Part shown: positions 45,230 to 46,405 of the stretch, piece after piece | Layout of the letters: each line of letters begins with the position of its first letter | How positions within the stretch are numbered: the first letter of the stretch is position 1 | IMG/VR virus record: IMGVR_UViG_3300037308_000488 | Location: 1 to 46,405 of that record | From: a virus | Lineage: Duplodnaviria > Caudoviricetes | Length of the DNA: 46,405 bases | Reading direction: 5' to 3' (one strand) | Position numbers and translations under genes: made by a program | The notes under the pieces: generated by a model | Seen by the model: the letters and a program-made list of their open reading frames with translations, nothing else | Database searches by the model: none | What the model was told of the DNA's origin: nothing

Positions 45230-46297
45230 TTATGTCTTCTTTAGCAGCCAGTTTGCCACATAACCACCGACCAGAGACCACGTTTCGCCATTTGAGTTAA
45301 CCACTTCGCCAAACTTAAGAAGCGGCTTCCCGTCATATACGATCCCGCTGTAAGGCTGATCGCTGCCTGACAACGGCTGTGGCCTGAGATACGCATAACT
45401 CGCCGTCGTATCTACTACTACCCAGGTTAACTGTGGCGATGGAGGGACAGACACCTCTCCCCACAGATACTCAGCAATTGCCCTGGATCTCTCAGCTTGG
45501 TTCGGAGCATGGGTGCCCAAAAATAAATAATCTAACGCCCAAAAACTGCAACCAGAAAAATTTTTTGTATGGCACGTGTCAAGAAACAGCTTGGTATCAT
45601 CGTAGCCTGGTCCGGGTGAGGCATATCCATCCCCGATGTAGCAACGTCCTGCAGGTATGTAGGCCAGAAATACCCCGTACGTATCCATCAAGCCACTGTA
45701 CTGGTCATAGCTGATAACCGTCTCATGGTATGGCCCTCGACTTGCACTAGGCGGTTGCCAGTACACTTGCGGCGCAACATAAGCAATCCCGTTTGCCATA
45801 AATGCACCAAATGGAAAACCGAGATGATATGCTGGGAAACGGTAAGTGCTCAATCCTACAGGTATATCTAGTGTGTTTGGGGCGAGCTTGCTCATGTAAA
45901 TCTGTGCTCGTTCCTCAGCACTTGGTAGACCGCCTAGATCAATTTTATATTCCTTTTCAGCGTCAATTTCAAAGTAGTCGAGATTGTATTCCTCAATTGC
46001 CTGGCGAGACACAACTGCCTCTTTATCCGGTGCAGTAGACGGTACAACTTTCCACGCCCCAACCGACTTATCGTAATACACCCCGCCATAGACATAGTGC
46101 CAGCCGCCGACTTTTAGTCCAACCGACCGCAGAGCAGTTATCAGCGGGTGCAAGCTCGTGTCAAGATAGTTCCCGTTTGCTACCTTGACATTGACTGAGG
46201 TCAATCCAAGCTCAAGGCATTTTGCCTGGATAGCATGGATTGACCCGCAATTTGCTTGCCGCCACAAAAACATGGTTTTGCCAGATGGCAACGGCAT
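45230..46297 (-). CDS. Endolysin candidate: glycoside-hydrolase TIM barrel (GH25-like) plus SH3b-like C-domain
   Basis: VKVANG...GGWHYVYG...EA...FEIDAEKEYK...PQVYW; Pro linker; YLRPQP...GETW..VGGYVANWLL. Confidence 0.7.
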   Translation of the reverse strand: MPLPSGKTMFLWRQANCGSIHAIQAKCLELGLTSVNVKVANGNYLDTSLHPLITALRSVGLKVGGWHYVYGGVYYDKSVGAWKVVPSTAPDKEAVVSRQAIEEYNLDYFEIDAEKEYKIDLGGLPSAEERAQIYMSKLAPNTLDIPVGLSTYRFPAYHLGFPFGAFMANGIAYVAPQVYWQPPSASRGPYHETVISYDQYSGLMDTYGVFLAYIPAGRCYIGDGYASPGPGYDDTKLFLDTCHTKNFSGCSFWALDYLFLGTHAPNQAERSRAIAEYLWGEVSVPPSPQLTWVVVDTTASYAYLRPQPLSGSDQPYSGIVYDGKPLLKFGEVVNSNGETWSLVGGYVANWLLKKT

Positions 46298-46301
46298 GCT
46301 G

Positions 46302-46405
46302 TTACCCAGCCCCTTTATGTTTGGTCATCTCATGCGCAAGCTGAGAGCCAAAGTATCCCAGGATAATTGAGACGACCAAAGCCCAGAACGGCTGGATCAT
46401 CTCCA
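46302..46405 (-). CDS. C-terminal part of a holin-like membrane protein
   Basis: ...EMIQPFWALVVSIILGYFGSQLAHEMTKHKGAG*; stop lies 4 nt before the endolysin ATG. Confidence 0.6.
   Translation of the reverse strand, partial: EMIQPFWALVVSIILGYFGSQLAHEMTKHKGAG

Noticed and set aside
1-46405. Genome-wide UGA reassignment (genetic code 4 or 25)
   Set aside because: Many genes end in TGA within ATGA/GTGA overlaps (e.g. 97, 375, 6935, 9360, 23702, 28647), and coding density is already high under code 11.
1-46405. Host assignment (Chloroflexota/Anaerolineae impression from the lysin and small-gene style)
   Set aside because: Impression only; needs CRISPR-spacer or protein homology matches.

Overview
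This window looks like a near-complete, probably circularly permuted genome of a ~46.4 kb tailed dsDNA phage. It is siphovirus-like: a 616-aa tape measure protein and no sheath. The minus strand from ~28.1 kb to 1, continuing through 46405-45230, carries the late operon: TerS, TerL, portal, MuF-like protein, a ~7 kb block of accessory virion/glycan-binding genes, protease-scaffold, major capsid, neck, tail tube, chaperones, tape measure, tail tip, membrane proteins and endolysin. A minus-strand replication operon (initiator with internal 23-bp iterons, DnaB, nuclease) lies at 31.1-35.4 kb. Plus-strand early modules are driven by five copies of a sigma70 promoter cassette and include a SNF2/HARP helicase, an RHH regulator, a Dam-like methylase and many small ORFs. 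No integrase or CI-like repressor was recognised. The most unusual signals concern RNA structure and recoding: (1) an unannotated virion-operon ORF, M-G-(TGA)-R-G, with a SECIS-like hairpin (candidate phage selenoprotein); (2) dnaB interrupted by one in-frame TGA at a conserved Gly position; (3) a ~210-nt tRNA-like structured RNA with its own promoter and terminator; (4) a +1 TTT-CGC frameshift in the tail chaperone; (5) an anti-SD loop switch upstream of the chaperone. All product calls come from motif recognition and gene order, not database searches.
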